This document shows positions 10,225-19,508 of a DNA stretch of 64,000 bases, in pieces. Every line of letters starts with the position of its first letter. Position 1 is the stretch's first letter. Location of the stretch: contig JAKEFG010000015.1 in the NCBI GenBank assembly GCA_022616195.1, forward strand, positions 9,354 through 73,353, given 5' to 3'. The notes beneath the pieces are model-generated. The model ran no database searches. It was not told the origin of the DNA and saw only the letters and a program-made list of their open reading frames with translations. The stretch comes from Candidatus Wolfebacteria bacterium (lineage in GTDB: Bacteria > Patescibacteriota > Minisyncoccia > Phycocordibacterales > EsbW-18). The position numbers and the translations under genes are program-made.

Positions 10225-10883
10225 CAATTCCTTGTCTGGTAAGTTCAGACGTGCACGAATGGCGTAACGACTGGGGAACTGTCTCGAGGATTCGCCCGGT
10301 GAAAATGCAATGGGGGTGAAGATGCCCTCTACCTGCAGTTAGACGAAAAGACCCCAGGAGCTTTACTGTAACTTGATAGTGGGGGTACGTAGTATATGCG
10401 TAGCATAGGTGGGAGACGTTGAAGCGAAGGTCTCGGCTTTCGTAGAGTCGCCAGTGAAATACCACTCTTATATAGCGTGCTTTCTAACCTCGACGGCAAA
10501 AACGGCGGGGGACAGTATCTGGTAGGCAGTTTTAGTGGGGCGCTATCCTCCTAAAAAGTAACGGAGGAGCCTATTACGGTCAGCTAGGCGCGAATGGAAA
10601 CCGTGCCGATAGTGTAATGGCAGAAGCTGGCCTGACTGCAAGGGGTACATCCCGAGCAGGCGCGAAAGCGGAGCATAGTGAACCGAGAGTTCCCTTTAGA
10701 CGGGGCTCGAGATTAACGGATAAAAGTTACCCTGGGGATAACAGGCTGGTCCTGCCTAAGAGTCCATATCGACGGCAGGGTTCGGCACCTCGATGTCGGC
10801 TCACCGTATCCTGGCGCTGGAGAAGGTGCCAAGGGTTTGGCTGTTCGCCAATTAAAACGGTACGCGAGCTGGGTTCAGACCGT

Positions 10884-11360
10884 TCTGGGCATGAATCATA
10901 AGATATGAATCATGAATAGAGCAGTCTGAATCCGCTCATAACGACACAATCGTTTTTTCGTCTATGAAATAAGTCCCGATTTTGATGTATCAAAATCGAG
11001 GATCCCGACCAGAGCGTCGGGAATAGAATCAACCTAATCACGGCGGTCATGTGTAGTAATACGCATGTATCAAGCTGACCCCGATTTTGATGTATCAAAT
11101 CGAGGATCCCGACCAGAGCGTCGGGACTAATATCGGTGAATTTCTAGCTTCTAGGTAAGAAGAAGGAGGACACCGAGGGAATGGTTCGACTTTGCTCACC
11201 ACGAGCAAATAGAATTCGGCCCGTAGAGACTGAACGTCAGCGTTCCTTACTCATGTTTTGTGTTATACGCGACATGTGTTGGGAATATGCTACAGTCCGA
11301 TCCCGCCGGTAACGGCGGTGTGGCTAGACGCTAGGAGCTAGCGGCTAGTTGCTACAGTTG
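10884..11360 (+). mobile_element. Group I intron at 23S position 2593, no intact ORF
   Basis: Exons join as CAGACCGT|CGTGAGACAGG; U.G pair at the splice site in P1 (U10883.G10921); terminal G11360; core motifs CCCGTAGAGACT and TACAGTCC. Confidence 0.9.
10975..11126 (+). repeat. Two ~48-nt direct-repeat double-hairpin units inside the L2593 intron
   Basis: CCCGATTTTGATGTATCAAA(A)TCGAGGATCCCGACCAGAGCGTCGGGA at 10975-11022 and 11080-11126. Confidence 0.9.
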
Positions 11361-11423
11361 CGTGAGACAGGTTGGTCTCCTATCTACTGCAGGCGTTGAT
11401 TCTTGAGGGGAGCTGCTCCTAGT

Positions 11424-12252
11424 AAGTAATTGCTACTCTTCGGAGAGATCCGAAGTGACAATGTGGCTTATAACGGTGAAGCCTTCATATGATTACTGTC
11501 CGAGGATTGTGAATAGCTATTGGTCCAGCTATGGTATAATTCGCTTGCGGACCGTAATCCGCTGCAAGGTAATACCGTGGGAAGTCGATCTCAAACACAC
11601 ACAGCGTATATAGCGGGTTTTCTTGATGGTGACGGCAGTTTGATGCTGCAGATCAAAAAACGATCTGATACAAAACGAGGTATTCGTTTTATGGCAACAA
11701 TCTGTCTGTATCAAGATACTCGCCATGAGAGGCCGCTGTGCTGGATGCGTGAAGTTTTAGGCATTGGATATCTATCTCGACGCCGTGACGGCATTACAGA
11801 GTTACGTATCAATGGCTTTAGTCAGTGCAAAACAATTCTTGAACAACTAGTACCGTATATACGGTTTAAGAAGGTTCAAGTGAGTGCATTGCTCGAGGCA
11901 TGTACGGTACTGTGTACGACGCCGTTTTCAAAGCTCACGAAACAACAGCAGAAGTATTTGGTTGACCGTATTGTGATCATTCAACATGAAAACTATACAA
12001 CCAAGTCAAAAAAGCGTAGGGAAGAGCTGTATGCATGTTTGGATTTGACCCCGTAACGACTTGTTCATGTAGTTGCCACTACATGGCGGACTTGCTGATG
12101 TATTGAATCAGGAATGTATTCCTGACAATCTCAGTGGGTAACATGCCGCCACCCTCGTCCTCCATCTCATGGGGAACGGGTGAAGATATAGTCTATGCTC
12201 CTGGAAACAGGGGAGTAATCTTGTTTTTCAAAAGTGAAACAAGAGATACATG
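11424..12252 (+). mobile_element. Group I intron in the sarcin-ricin loop (after U2656)
   Basis: Exons join as GCTCCTAGT|ACGAGAGGACC; P1 UAGU|AA-GUAA-UUGCUA; terminal G12252; core motifs CCCGTAACGACT and GAAGATATAGTC. Confidence 0.9.
11577..12056 (+). CDS. Single-motif LAGLIDADG homing endonuclease (I-CreI-like)
   Basis: AYIAGFLDGDGSL, LGIGY, LVPYIRFKK; GTG start chosen at 11577 after AAGGT (ORF track opens at 11520). Confidence 0.9.
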   Translation: MGSRSQTHTAYIAGFLDGDGSLMLQIKKRSDTKRGIRFMATICLYQDTRHERPLCWMREVLGIGYLSRRRDGITELRINGFSQCKTILEQLVPYIRFKKVQVSALLEACTVLCTTPFSKLTKQQQKYLVDRIVIIQHENYTTKSKKRREELYACLDLTP

Positions 12253-12547
12253 ACGAGAGGACCGGAGTGGACTGACCGCTGGTGTACGAGCTGTCCTGCC
12301 AAGGGCATCGCTCGGTAGCTATGTCGGGACGGGATAACTTCTGAAAGCATCTAAGAAGGAAGCCCACCCCAAGATTAGGAATCATTAAGACCCGTGAGAG
12401 ATGATCACGTTGATAGGCACCAGGTGGAAGCACAGTAATGTGTTGAGCCGAGGTGTACTAATTCGTCGAGTATCTCCTATTAGGGAATCTGAAAATCGCT
12501 TAGTTCCTGCTTTTCTATCGTGTAGGCGACTGACTTTAAGTGTTGTG

Positions 12548-12655
12548 TGTTGGTGGTTCGACGCTGTGGAGACACCCGTTCTCATTCCGAACACGGCAGT
12601 TAAGCACAGTAGTGGCGATGGTACTCGCAAGGGGAGAGTAGCTAGCCGCCAACAC
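12548..12655 (+). rRNA. rrf: 5S rRNA (short, about 108 nt)
   Basis: CACCCGTTCTCATTCCGAACACGGCAGTTAAG...CGATGGTACT...GAGAGTAG; terminal helix TGTTGGTGG/CCGCCAACA. Confidence 0.93.
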
Positions 12656-12719
12656 ACAGCACTTAACTTCTAAAACCACCCGTGTGCGCACGGGCGTGTT
12701 TTGCTACAATATAAGCACT

Positions 12720-13484
12720 ATGTCATGGGCAGGACGTCGCCGCGCACTTTACGTGAGTATCATAAGTGTCGTTGTCTTTGCGTTTTTCATCTGGGTTGGC
12801 TTTCGTATCTTCTATACTCCCCCGACGTGTTTTGATGGCAAGCGGAACGGTGTCGAGGAGGGGATTGATTGTGGCGGTGAGTGCGAACGTGTTTGTAGCT
12901 TTCAGGCGACACCGCCAATCGTATTGTGGAGTAGATTCTTCCAAATTGCACCTGGTGTCTACAACATTGTAGCACTTATTGAAAATCCAAATGTTGGCGT
13001 GGAGGCAAGAGACGTACCCTATGTATTCAAACTATATGATGCAAACGGGTTGTTGGTATACGAGCGTAAGGGGCAAATAACAATCCCCGCAGAGCACTCT
13101 TTTGTTGTTTTTGAAAGTGATATCATAGTTGGAGAGCGTATACCACAAAACAGCTTCTTTGAATTTACTGAGGTGCCGGACTGGCAGCGGCGTGAGAGGG
13201 AAGCCCCGACACTCCGTACAGGTGAACTGGTTTTAAGTAATGTATCAACCGCGCCGCGTCTTACCGCGATGCTCGAAAACACGATGTTTGCTGACGTAGA
13301 AAATATTGCTGTAGTTGCCGTGGTGTTTGACGAGAACGGGAATGCTCTTGCAACATCGCGCACAATTGTGGACCGCCTTGGAGGTGGCGAGCGGACAGCG
13401 CTTATCTTTACGTGGCAAACACCCTTTCCTGTGCCAGCTGCCAAGACAGTTCTCTATCCGGAGGTTCGGGAGAACGAGCGATGA
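12720..13484 (+). CDS. Membrane-anchored hypothetical protein with a Cys motif
   Basis: N-terminal TM, PTCFDGKRNGVEEGIDCGGEC, beta-rich remainder. Confidence 0.8.
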   Translation: MSWAGRRRALYVSIISVVVFAFFIWVGFRIFYTPPTCFDGKRNGVEEGIDCGGECERVCSFQATPPIVLWSRFFQIAPGVYNIVALIENPNVGVEARDVPYVFKLYDANGLLVYERKGQITIPAEHSFVVFESDIIVGERIPQNSFFEFTEVPDWQRREREAPTLRTGELVLSNVSTAPRLTAMLENTMFADVENIAVVAVVFDENGNALATSRTIVDRLGGGERTALIFTWQTPFPVPAAKTVLYPEVRENER

Positions 13485-13508
13485 TAGCCCGACTTCACGG
13501 ACACATTG
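13481..13508 (+). pseudogene. Possible 5' remnant of ruvA
   Basis: ATGA overlap with the upstream stop; MIARLHGHI resembles RuvA N-termini; cut off by an inverted-repeat element. Confidence 0.35.
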
Positions 13509-13614
13509 ACCCCGTTAGAAATGTCACGTTAGTCCGGGTAAACACTGACGGAGTGCTCTTGTTTTATTGTAATTGATATATGAATTCTGCGTTTTCTCGC
13601 ATTTTTAACGGGGT
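13509..13614. mobile_element. MITE-like element with 14-bp terminal inverted repeats
   Basis: ACCCCGTTAGAAAT and ATTTTTAACGGGGT (13/14 complementary), with TTGA at both junctions. Confidence 0.6.
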
Positions 13615-14713
13615 TGATTGGGTTCTTTTTATTGCCACGCTGCCGCTCTGCGCTGCGGGTCTTGTTACAATACATTCGTTTGTCGGGACGGATACGTTTT
13701 TTACCCGTCAAGTGCTCTGGGTTCTTCTTGCTTTTGTGCTCTTCTTTGTGGCGAGTAGCATTGACTGGCGATTTCTCCGCAGGACAAATGTTGTTGTTGC
13801 ACTCTTTGTTGCGAGCATTGTTGCACTTCTTCTGCTTTTTTTGCTTGGCACGCGGACGTTGGGTGCAACATCTCGGTTTGATCTCGGACTTTTTTTCATT
13901 CAGCCGTCGGACCCGATAAAACTCGTACTTATCCTTGTGCTCGCAAAATATTTCTCACGCCGGCACGTTGAGATTGCTCACTATCGACATATTATTGTTT
14001 CCGGTTTCTATACGCTCATTCTCTTTCTGCTGTTATTCCTCCAGCCTGATTTTGGTTCGGCTGTCATTGTCTTCTTGGTGTGGTTTGGTATGGTGCTTGT
14101 CTCGGGTATTTCCAAGAAACACATTCTTCTCGTGTTTGTTACCGGTGCGTTCGTGTTTGGTGGGCTATGGGGCTTTGTGTTTCAGGATTACCAAAAAGAT
14201 CGCATTCGGACATTTCTCAATCCGCTCACGGATCTGCAGGGTGCTGGCTATAATGCTTTTCAGTCGACCATTGCCGTAGGTTCAGGACAGTTTCTCGGTA
14301 AGGGGGTCGGCTATGGCACGCAGTCGCGGCTTGAGTTTCTCCCAGAGTATGAGACGGACTTTATCTTTGCCGCATTCTCCGAGGAGTGGGGGTTTGTAGG
14401 CGTGGTCATTCTCTTTATGCTCTATGGGCTGGTGGTCTGGCGCATTGTCCGTGAGGCGGAGCATGGAGAAAGCAACTTTGAAACACTATTTGCACTCGGG
14501 CTCGCAATCCTTTTCGTGAGTCACTTTATAGTGCATGTTGGCATGAACATCGGACTACTCCCGGTGACCGGCATCACCATGCCCTTTATGAGTTACGGCG
14601 GCAGTCACCTGGCCATGGAGTTTGTAGGACTTGGCATCTTGATGGGCATGCGTGGGTATCGGCGTATCACGCAACCGCACAAACTGCGAGGCGAGTTTGT
14701 GGGTCCGCAGTAG
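13580..14713 (+). CDS. rodA: SEDS peptidoglycan polymerase RodA
   Basis: IQPS, LQPDFG, GYNAFQSTIAVGSG, FLPEYETDFIFA..SEEWG, GLLPVTGITMPFMSYGGS. Confidence 0.92.
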   Translation: MNSAFSRIFNGVDWVLFIATLPLCAAGLVTIHSFVGTDTFFTRQVLWVLLAFVLFFVASSIDWRFLRRTNVVVALFVASIVALLLLFLLGTRTLGATSRFDLGLFFIQPSDPIKLVLILVLAKYFSRRHVEIAHYRHIIVSGFYTLILFLLLFLQPDFGSAVIVFLVWFGMVLVSGISKKHILLVFVTGAFVFGGLWGFVFQDYQKDRIRTFLNPLTDLQGAGYNAFQSTIAVGSGQFLGKGVGYGTQSRLEFLPEYETDFIFAAFSEEWGFVGVVILFMLYGLVVWRIVREAEHGESNFETLFALGLAILFVSHFIVHVGMNIGLLPVTGITMPFMSYGGSHLAMEFVGLGILMGMRGYRRITQPHKLRGEFVGPQ

Positions 14714-14719
14714 CTCTAA

Positions 14720-15292
14720 CTATTCAGATACATCAACACCCTGGTCTGTGCGTGCCCGTATGACTTTACCGTGCTCTTCCATGATGACCTTTTTGATGTA
14801 GAGAGGGTCGGCGGCATCGCGAATGATGAAATCCTTTGCCTCACCGGCGGTGTGGATGTGTATGTCGCCGTATTTGAGGAATGTCGCGAGGACGCCGCTT
14901 ACCTCCACGGTTACATCCTGTATCTGCTCCAGGCGGAAGACAGAAATCTGTCGATTGAATGCTCCTCGCTGTTCCACGTCAAAAATGCGCTCGGTGGTGA
15001 GCACCCAGACATCTAGGTAGTAGTCGGTCCACTGAAAAAAGAAAACGACAAATAGAACAAGAAACCAGAGAAGGTAGAGAAATGTAAAAAACGCCCCACC
15101 GCCTGCCTGCGCAGACAGGCCGGTTTCAAGGAAACGCCCGTTGAGGAATTGCACAATCGGCGCCGTGAAGACAAGCGGGAGAAATATGAGAAACACCACT
15201 CCGGTAATGCGCGTATAAAAGACGAACATGTGCCGTCGCACCTCCGCGACGATATGTTCGTTTTCTCCGAGGTCTACGAGGTAGTCAGCCAT
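14720..15292 (-). CDS. Bacterial PH-domain membrane protein
   Basis: Two TMs, then DVWVLTTERIFDVEQ...IQDVTVEVSG..TFLKYGDIHIHTAG. Confidence 0.8.
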   Translation of the reverse strand: MADYLVDLGENEHIVAEVRRHMFVFYTRITGVVFLIFLPLVFTAPIVQFLNGRFLETGLSAQAGGGAFFTFLYLLWFLVLFVVFFFQWTDYYLDVWVLTTERIFDVEQRGAFNRQISVFRLEQIQDVTVEVSGVLATFLKYGDIHIHTAGEAKDFIIRDAADPLYIKKVIMEEHGKVIRARTDQGVDVSE

Positions 15293-15323
15293 GGTGGAGC
15301 TATTAGCAATTAGGTGCTAGGCA

Positions 15324-15542
15324 CTAGCTTATAGAGATAATAAGGAGGGCTTCGGTGATGAAGATGACAAGAGACACGCCGAAGTAAATAACCATAACGC
15401 GCCTGATGGCATGGCTCCCTTTCGTATAGGTGTGCCAGTGGTAGGAGAGTATCCAACTCACCACGAGCCACGCGCCAAAAACGATTGCGAGCACAATCCA
15501 AAGTGCGGTGGGAGATATGGCATATCCAATGAGCGTTTCCAT
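15324..15542 (-). CDS. Small two-TM hypothetical protein
   Basis: 72-aa ORF tightly packed downstream of rnr; ILSYHW motif between two TMs. Confidence 0.65.
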   Translation of the reverse strand: METLIGYAISPTALWIVLAIVFGAWLVVSWILSYHWHTYTKGSHAIRRVMVIYFGVSLVIFITEALLIISIS

Positions 15543-15550
15543 GGGAAGTA

Positions 15551-17605
15551 TTATACCAACAGGTAGTCCAATGTCTTCCGGTCAACATTTGCCCCGGCCA
15601 CTCTAAACTTCACACGGTCCCCGAGCGTATAGGTTTTTTTGGTTTTCTCGCCCCTGATGCGGTAGTGCTTCTGGTCAAAGGCGTAGAAGTCGTTGGCAAG
15701 GTCGCGCATGCGGACGAGCCCTTCCGCGCCGCTTGTAAGCTCCTCCACGTAGATGCCCCACTCGGTAACGCCGGTGATAATACCCTCAAATATGTCACCG
15801 ACCCGTGCTGCCATGTACTCAACCTGTTTGTACTTAATGGACTCGCGCTCCGCTTTCTGCACCTCAATCTCTTTCTCCGAAAGCTCCTCTGCGACACTTT
15901 CGTAGTAAGCGAGCTCTGACGCCGGCACTTCTGCGCCGTGTAAGTGTTGCAACAGGAGGCGGTGTACGAGAAGATCCGGGTAGCGCCTGATGGGCGAGGT
16001 AAAATGCGTGTAGTGAGGGAACCCCAAACCGAAATGCCCGATGTTTTTTGTGGCGTAGGCGGCTTTTGCCATTGCACGGATGGCAGCTGTCTTGATGAGA
16101 TGTTCAATCGGCGTTCCCTCAATCTGTGCAAAGAGCGCGTTGATGTCTTTTGAGGAGATGTTCTTTTTTCGCTCGCCCCCGCCTGCCTTATGCGGCGAGC
16201 GGGCAGGGAAGCTGAAGCCGAGCCCGCGCACCAGGGCGGCAATTTCCGCAAGCTTTTCCTGGTCGGGGAGGTCATGGACGCGATAAATGAACCCTTTGTT
16301 GAGATTTTGCTTGCTGTGCGTGCGGTAGATGGTTTCAGCGACCTCCCGATTGGCAAGAAGCATCCACTCTTCAATGAGTTTGTGAGTGGCGAGCCGTTCC
16401 TTGCGGTAGATGCGAACAGGAGTTCCCTTCGCGTCAATCTCTACTTCTACCTCGTCCTGTTCAAAGTCAATCGCTCCTTTGGCGAAGCGACGTGTACGAA
16501 TATTCTCGGCAAGCGTGTTGAACACGGCGAGTTCACGTGCGAATTCACCACGCTGAGCATCAAGCACTTTTTGTGCCTCCTCGTAAGCAAAACGCCTGTC
16601 CGAGTTGATGATACCCTTACCGAACCAGCGCTCCTTGACGACACCCTCCTTGTCTATCAGGAATGTTGCCGAGAAGGTGAAACGCGGGACGCCAGGATTC
16701 AAACTGCACAGGTCGTTTGAGAGTTCTTCGGGGAGCATGGGTATTGTACGGTCGACAAGGTAGACCGAGAACCCCCGTTTTTCCGCCTCTTCATCAAGCG
16801 CGCTCCTGGTTTTCACATAGTGCGACACGTCGGCAATATGCACTCCCACCTCCCATAAGGTTTCGTTTCGTGCTCCGGATTTTGTGCTTCGGATTTCGCG
16901 AAGCGACAAGGCGTCATCAAAATCCTTCGCGTCATCCGGGTCTATAGTGCAGGTGGGGATTCCCCGAAAATCTCTTCGTTTGCCGGCACGGGTTTCGATA
17001 AATACTGGTTCGTTCGTTGGCGATAGCGAGGGGGGAAGGTCGGCAAGCTCATCCTTGCCTGCTTTCGCGATGCGCCCCGCTTCCGAGTCAACGGAGGATG
17101 GGAAACGAGTGTCTATATTGTAGGCAATGACGATGGAGGCAATTTCCACTTCGTGTTCCCCCTTTGCGCCGAGAATCTGCACAACCTTGCCGACGGGGGA
17201 CTTGGCCGGATCTTCCCAACGGACGAGCTCCACAACGATCTTTTGATTCGGTGAAAGACCGTCGGGGTTTTCGATCAGAATATCGGTATACATCTTGCTG
17301 TCGTCCGGGATGAGATACCAGATGTTCTTTTCCTGTTCTGCAATGCCGACGAAACGGGTCTTTGCGCGCCGTACAACACGGATCACTTCGCCGCGCGGCT
17401 CTCCGTCGCGGTGGCGGGGAAGCAGTGCCGCTTCCACCGTGTCGCCGTTGAGTGCTGTGTTCAAATGCTCTTGCTCCACGCGGACGTCTTCTTCAAAGTC
17501 GGGGTGTTGTATGAAACCAAGACCGCCGCGGGTGGTCGTAATCACTCCTTCAAAACGAAGTATTTTTTTTCTCTGTTTCTGTTTGGGACGTCTCCTTTGT
17601 GCCAT
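15551..17605 (-). CDS. rnr: Ribonuclease R
   Basis: TIDPDDAKDFDDALS, HFTSPIRRYPDL, C-terminal S1 domain; start at MAQRRR. Confidence 0.95.
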   Translation of the reverse strand: MAQRRRPKQKQRKKILRFEGVITTTRGGLGFIQHPDFEEDVRVEQEHLNTALNGDTVEAALLPRHRDGEPRGEVIRVVRRAKTRFVGIAEQEKNIWYLIPDDSKMYTDILIENPDGLSPNQKIVVELVRWEDPAKSPVGKVVQILGAKGEHEVEIASIVIAYNIDTRFPSSVDSEAGRIAKAGKDELADLPPSLSPTNEPVFIETRAGKRRDFRGIPTCTIDPDDAKDFDDALSLREIRSTKSGARNETLWEVGVHIADVSHYVKTRSALDEEAEKRGFSVYLVDRTIPMLPEELSNDLCSLNPGVPRFTFSATFLIDKEGVVKERWFGKGIINSDRRFAYEEAQKVLDAQRGEFARELAVFNTLAENIRTRRFAKGAIDFEQDEVEVEIDAKGTPVRIYRKERLATHKLIEEWMLLANREVAETIYRTHSKQNLNKGFIYRVHDLPDQEKLAEIAALVRGLGFSFPARSPHKAGGGERKKNISSKDINALFAQIEGTPIEHLIKTAAIRAMAKAAYATKNIGHFGLGFPHYTHFTSPIRRYPDLLVHRLLLQHLHGAEVPASELAYYESVAEELSEKEIEVQKAERESIKYKQVEYMAARVGDIFEGIITGVTEWGIYVEELTSGAEGLVRMRDLANDFYAFDQKHYRIRGEKTKKTYTLGDRVKFRVAGANVDRKTLDYLLV

Positions 17606-17666
17606 AACTCGGATTGTAGCAGACAGATTGACGCAGGACACCTCTCCTGCTATTATTACGCTTCGT

Positions 17667-18164
17667 ATGCTTAAGATACGTCTCAAACGAGTCGGACGGC
17701 GCAATGACCCGTCGTTTCGCATTGTGGTAACCGAAAGCGCCCGTGGCCCCAAGAGCGGGAATGTGGTTGAGCAGGTGGGGTTCTACAATCCCAAGACCAA
17801 GGAGCGCAGTGTTGACGGTGCGCGTGTTTCGTATTGGATGGAACGCGGGGCACAACCGTCGGACACGCTCTACAACATGTTGGTGGACGAGAAAGTTATT
17901 GGTGGCAAGAAGAAAAATGTTCTGCCGCGGAAGAGTCCTGTAGTCAAAGAGCAACCGACATCCGGTGACTCACAGCGCACGACAGAAGTAGCATCGGAAG
18001 GCCAGATGACAGAGACGGCAGGTGCAGGGGGGAGTAAAGGGGAAGAGACAAAACCTGCTAAGCCTGTCCCCACATCCGAAGAAGTTTCTGTGGAGAAAGT
18101 GGAGGCCTCTCCGAGCGAGGCCCCGCAAGAAGAAGTAAAGGAAACACTAGAATCTGAGGAGTAA
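17667..18164 (+). CDS. rpsP: 30S ribosomal protein S16 with a long acidic C-terminal tail
   Basis: MLKIRLKRVGRRNDPSFRIVV...GFYNP...W..GAQPSDT. Confidence 0.95.
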   Translation: MLKIRLKRVGRRNDPSFRIVVTESARGPKSGNVVEQVGFYNPKTKERSVDGARVSYWMERGAQPSDTLYNMLVDEKVIGGKKKNVLPRKSPVVKEQPTSGDSQRTTEVASEGQMTETAGAGGSKGEETKPAKPVPTSEEVSVEKVEASPSEAPQEEVKETLESEE

Positions 18165-18391
18165 GATTGTTGGTCGTAGCTCGTTGTGTTACTATGAAGC
18201 GGTACTGTACAGGTCGTACGGTAGTTAATTAGAAAGGTAGTATTTACCCGCCCACTAACTTTGCTGTTGCGTTTTGTTGCGACGTCGGCAGGAGGTGCGA
18301 GTGTTGGAGTGTAGCGCACGTTTACATTTGTGGTAGGGGGTCGGCAAACACACAGGCAATGACAGTAAAGTTAGTGGGCGGGCAGGCAACC

Positions 18392-18703
18392 ATGGCAAAG
18401 GAATTGGATCAGGACTTTCTGGAGTATGTTATCAAAGCGCTCGTTGACCACCCGGAGGCAGTTAAGGTAGGTCGAACGGTTGACGAAATGGGAGTTCTCC
18501 TCACACTCGATGTACATAAAGAGGACATGGGGAAGGTTATTGGTCGCCAAGGCAACACCGCCAAAGCGATTCGCACCCTCTTGCGGGTCGTGGGTATGAA
18601 GAACAACGCCCGAGTAAACTTGAAGGTGAACGAGCCGGAAGGGGGCACGATGAGTTCTGCCTCGGTAAGCGTTGATGATGCAATGAATGAGCTCAAAGCG
18701 TGA
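18392..18703 (+). CDS. khpA: KH-domain RNA-binding protein (KhpA/YlqC)
   Basis: DMGKVIGRQGNTAKAIRTLL; lies between rpsP and trmD. Confidence 0.9.
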   Translation: MAKELDQDFLEYVIKALVDHPEAVKVGRTVDEMGVLLTLDVHKEDMGKVIGRQGNTAKAIRTLLRVVGMKNNARVNLKVNEPEGGTMSSASVSVDDAMNELKA

Positions 18704-18735
18704 AACAGTTTTTAGGCCTTAGGCTCTAGCAAACA

Positions 18736-18768
18736 ACACAAAAATCCCGCATTGCGGGATTTTTGTGT
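18736..18768. terminator. Bidirectional intrinsic terminator
   Basis: ACACAAAAATCCCGC-ATT-GCGGGATTTTTGTGT perfect hairpin. Confidence 0.8.
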
Positions 18769-18794
18769 GACTTTTACAATGACGGTACAATCAT

Positions 18795-19499
18795 ATGATT
18801 ACTTTCCATATCATCACCGTTTTCCCTGAAAGTATGGAGTCGTATCTCGCGACGTCCGTACTAGGGAGAGCTGTGAAAGAAGGACATATCGCCGTTCGTT
18901 TTTACAATCCTCGTGACTACACGGACGACTCGCATCAGACCGTTGACGACACTTCATACGGTGGGGGTGCGGGCATGGTCATGAAAGCACTTCCAATTGC
19001 AGAGGCGGTTGCCAAAGCACGTTCGGCTATTGGCGAAGGGAAGCGGATAAAGACGATACTTCTTTCTGCAAAGGGCGAGCAGTATATGCAACGGCACGCG
19101 GTCTTGTTTGCAAACAATTTTGATCACATTATTATCATTGCCGGACGATATGAAGGTATTGATGAACGGGTGATTTCAATGACCAGTGCAGAAGAACTTT
19201 CAGTCGGTCCGTACGTGCTGACTGACGGGGAGCTTCCCGCAATGACTCTTGTGTCGTCAGTGGCGCGCCTGCTCCCAGGTGTTATTTCGTTTGCCTCGCT
19301 TAGGGAAGAATCGCATTGGGACGAGCGGCTGAGGGACGAAGGGGCGGGGGCGCTTGAGTATCCGCACTACACTAAGCCGGAGGTCATTATCTATAAAGGA
19401 CATGAGTACCGTGTCCCAGAGGTTCTACTCTCGGGCAACCATAAGGAAATTGAAGTGTGGCGGAGCAAGCAAAGAAGAGGGGATTTGCCAAAAAGCTGA
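18795..19499 (+). CDS. trmD: tRNA (guanine-N1)-methyltransferase
   Basis: VDDTSYGGGAGMVM, GRYEGIDERV, EYPHYT, VPEVLLSGNH. Confidence 0.96.
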   Translation: MITFHIITVFPESMESYLATSVLGRAVKEGHIAVRFYNPRDYTDDSHQTVDDTSYGGGAGMVMKALPIAEAVAKARSAIGEGKRIKTILLSAKGEQYMQRHAVLFANNFDHIIIIAGRYEGIDERVISMTSAEELSVGPYVLTDGELPAMTLVSSVARLLPGVISFASLREESHWDERLRDEGAGALEYPHYTKPEVIIYKGHEYRVPEVLLSGNHKEIEVWRSKQRRGDLPKS

Positions 19500-19508
19500 T
19501 CGTGTGTC

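Noticed and set aside
10975-11126. CRISPR mini-array
   Set aside because: Only two ~48-nt units inside an intron and no cas genes. No CRISPR array was seen anywhere in the window.
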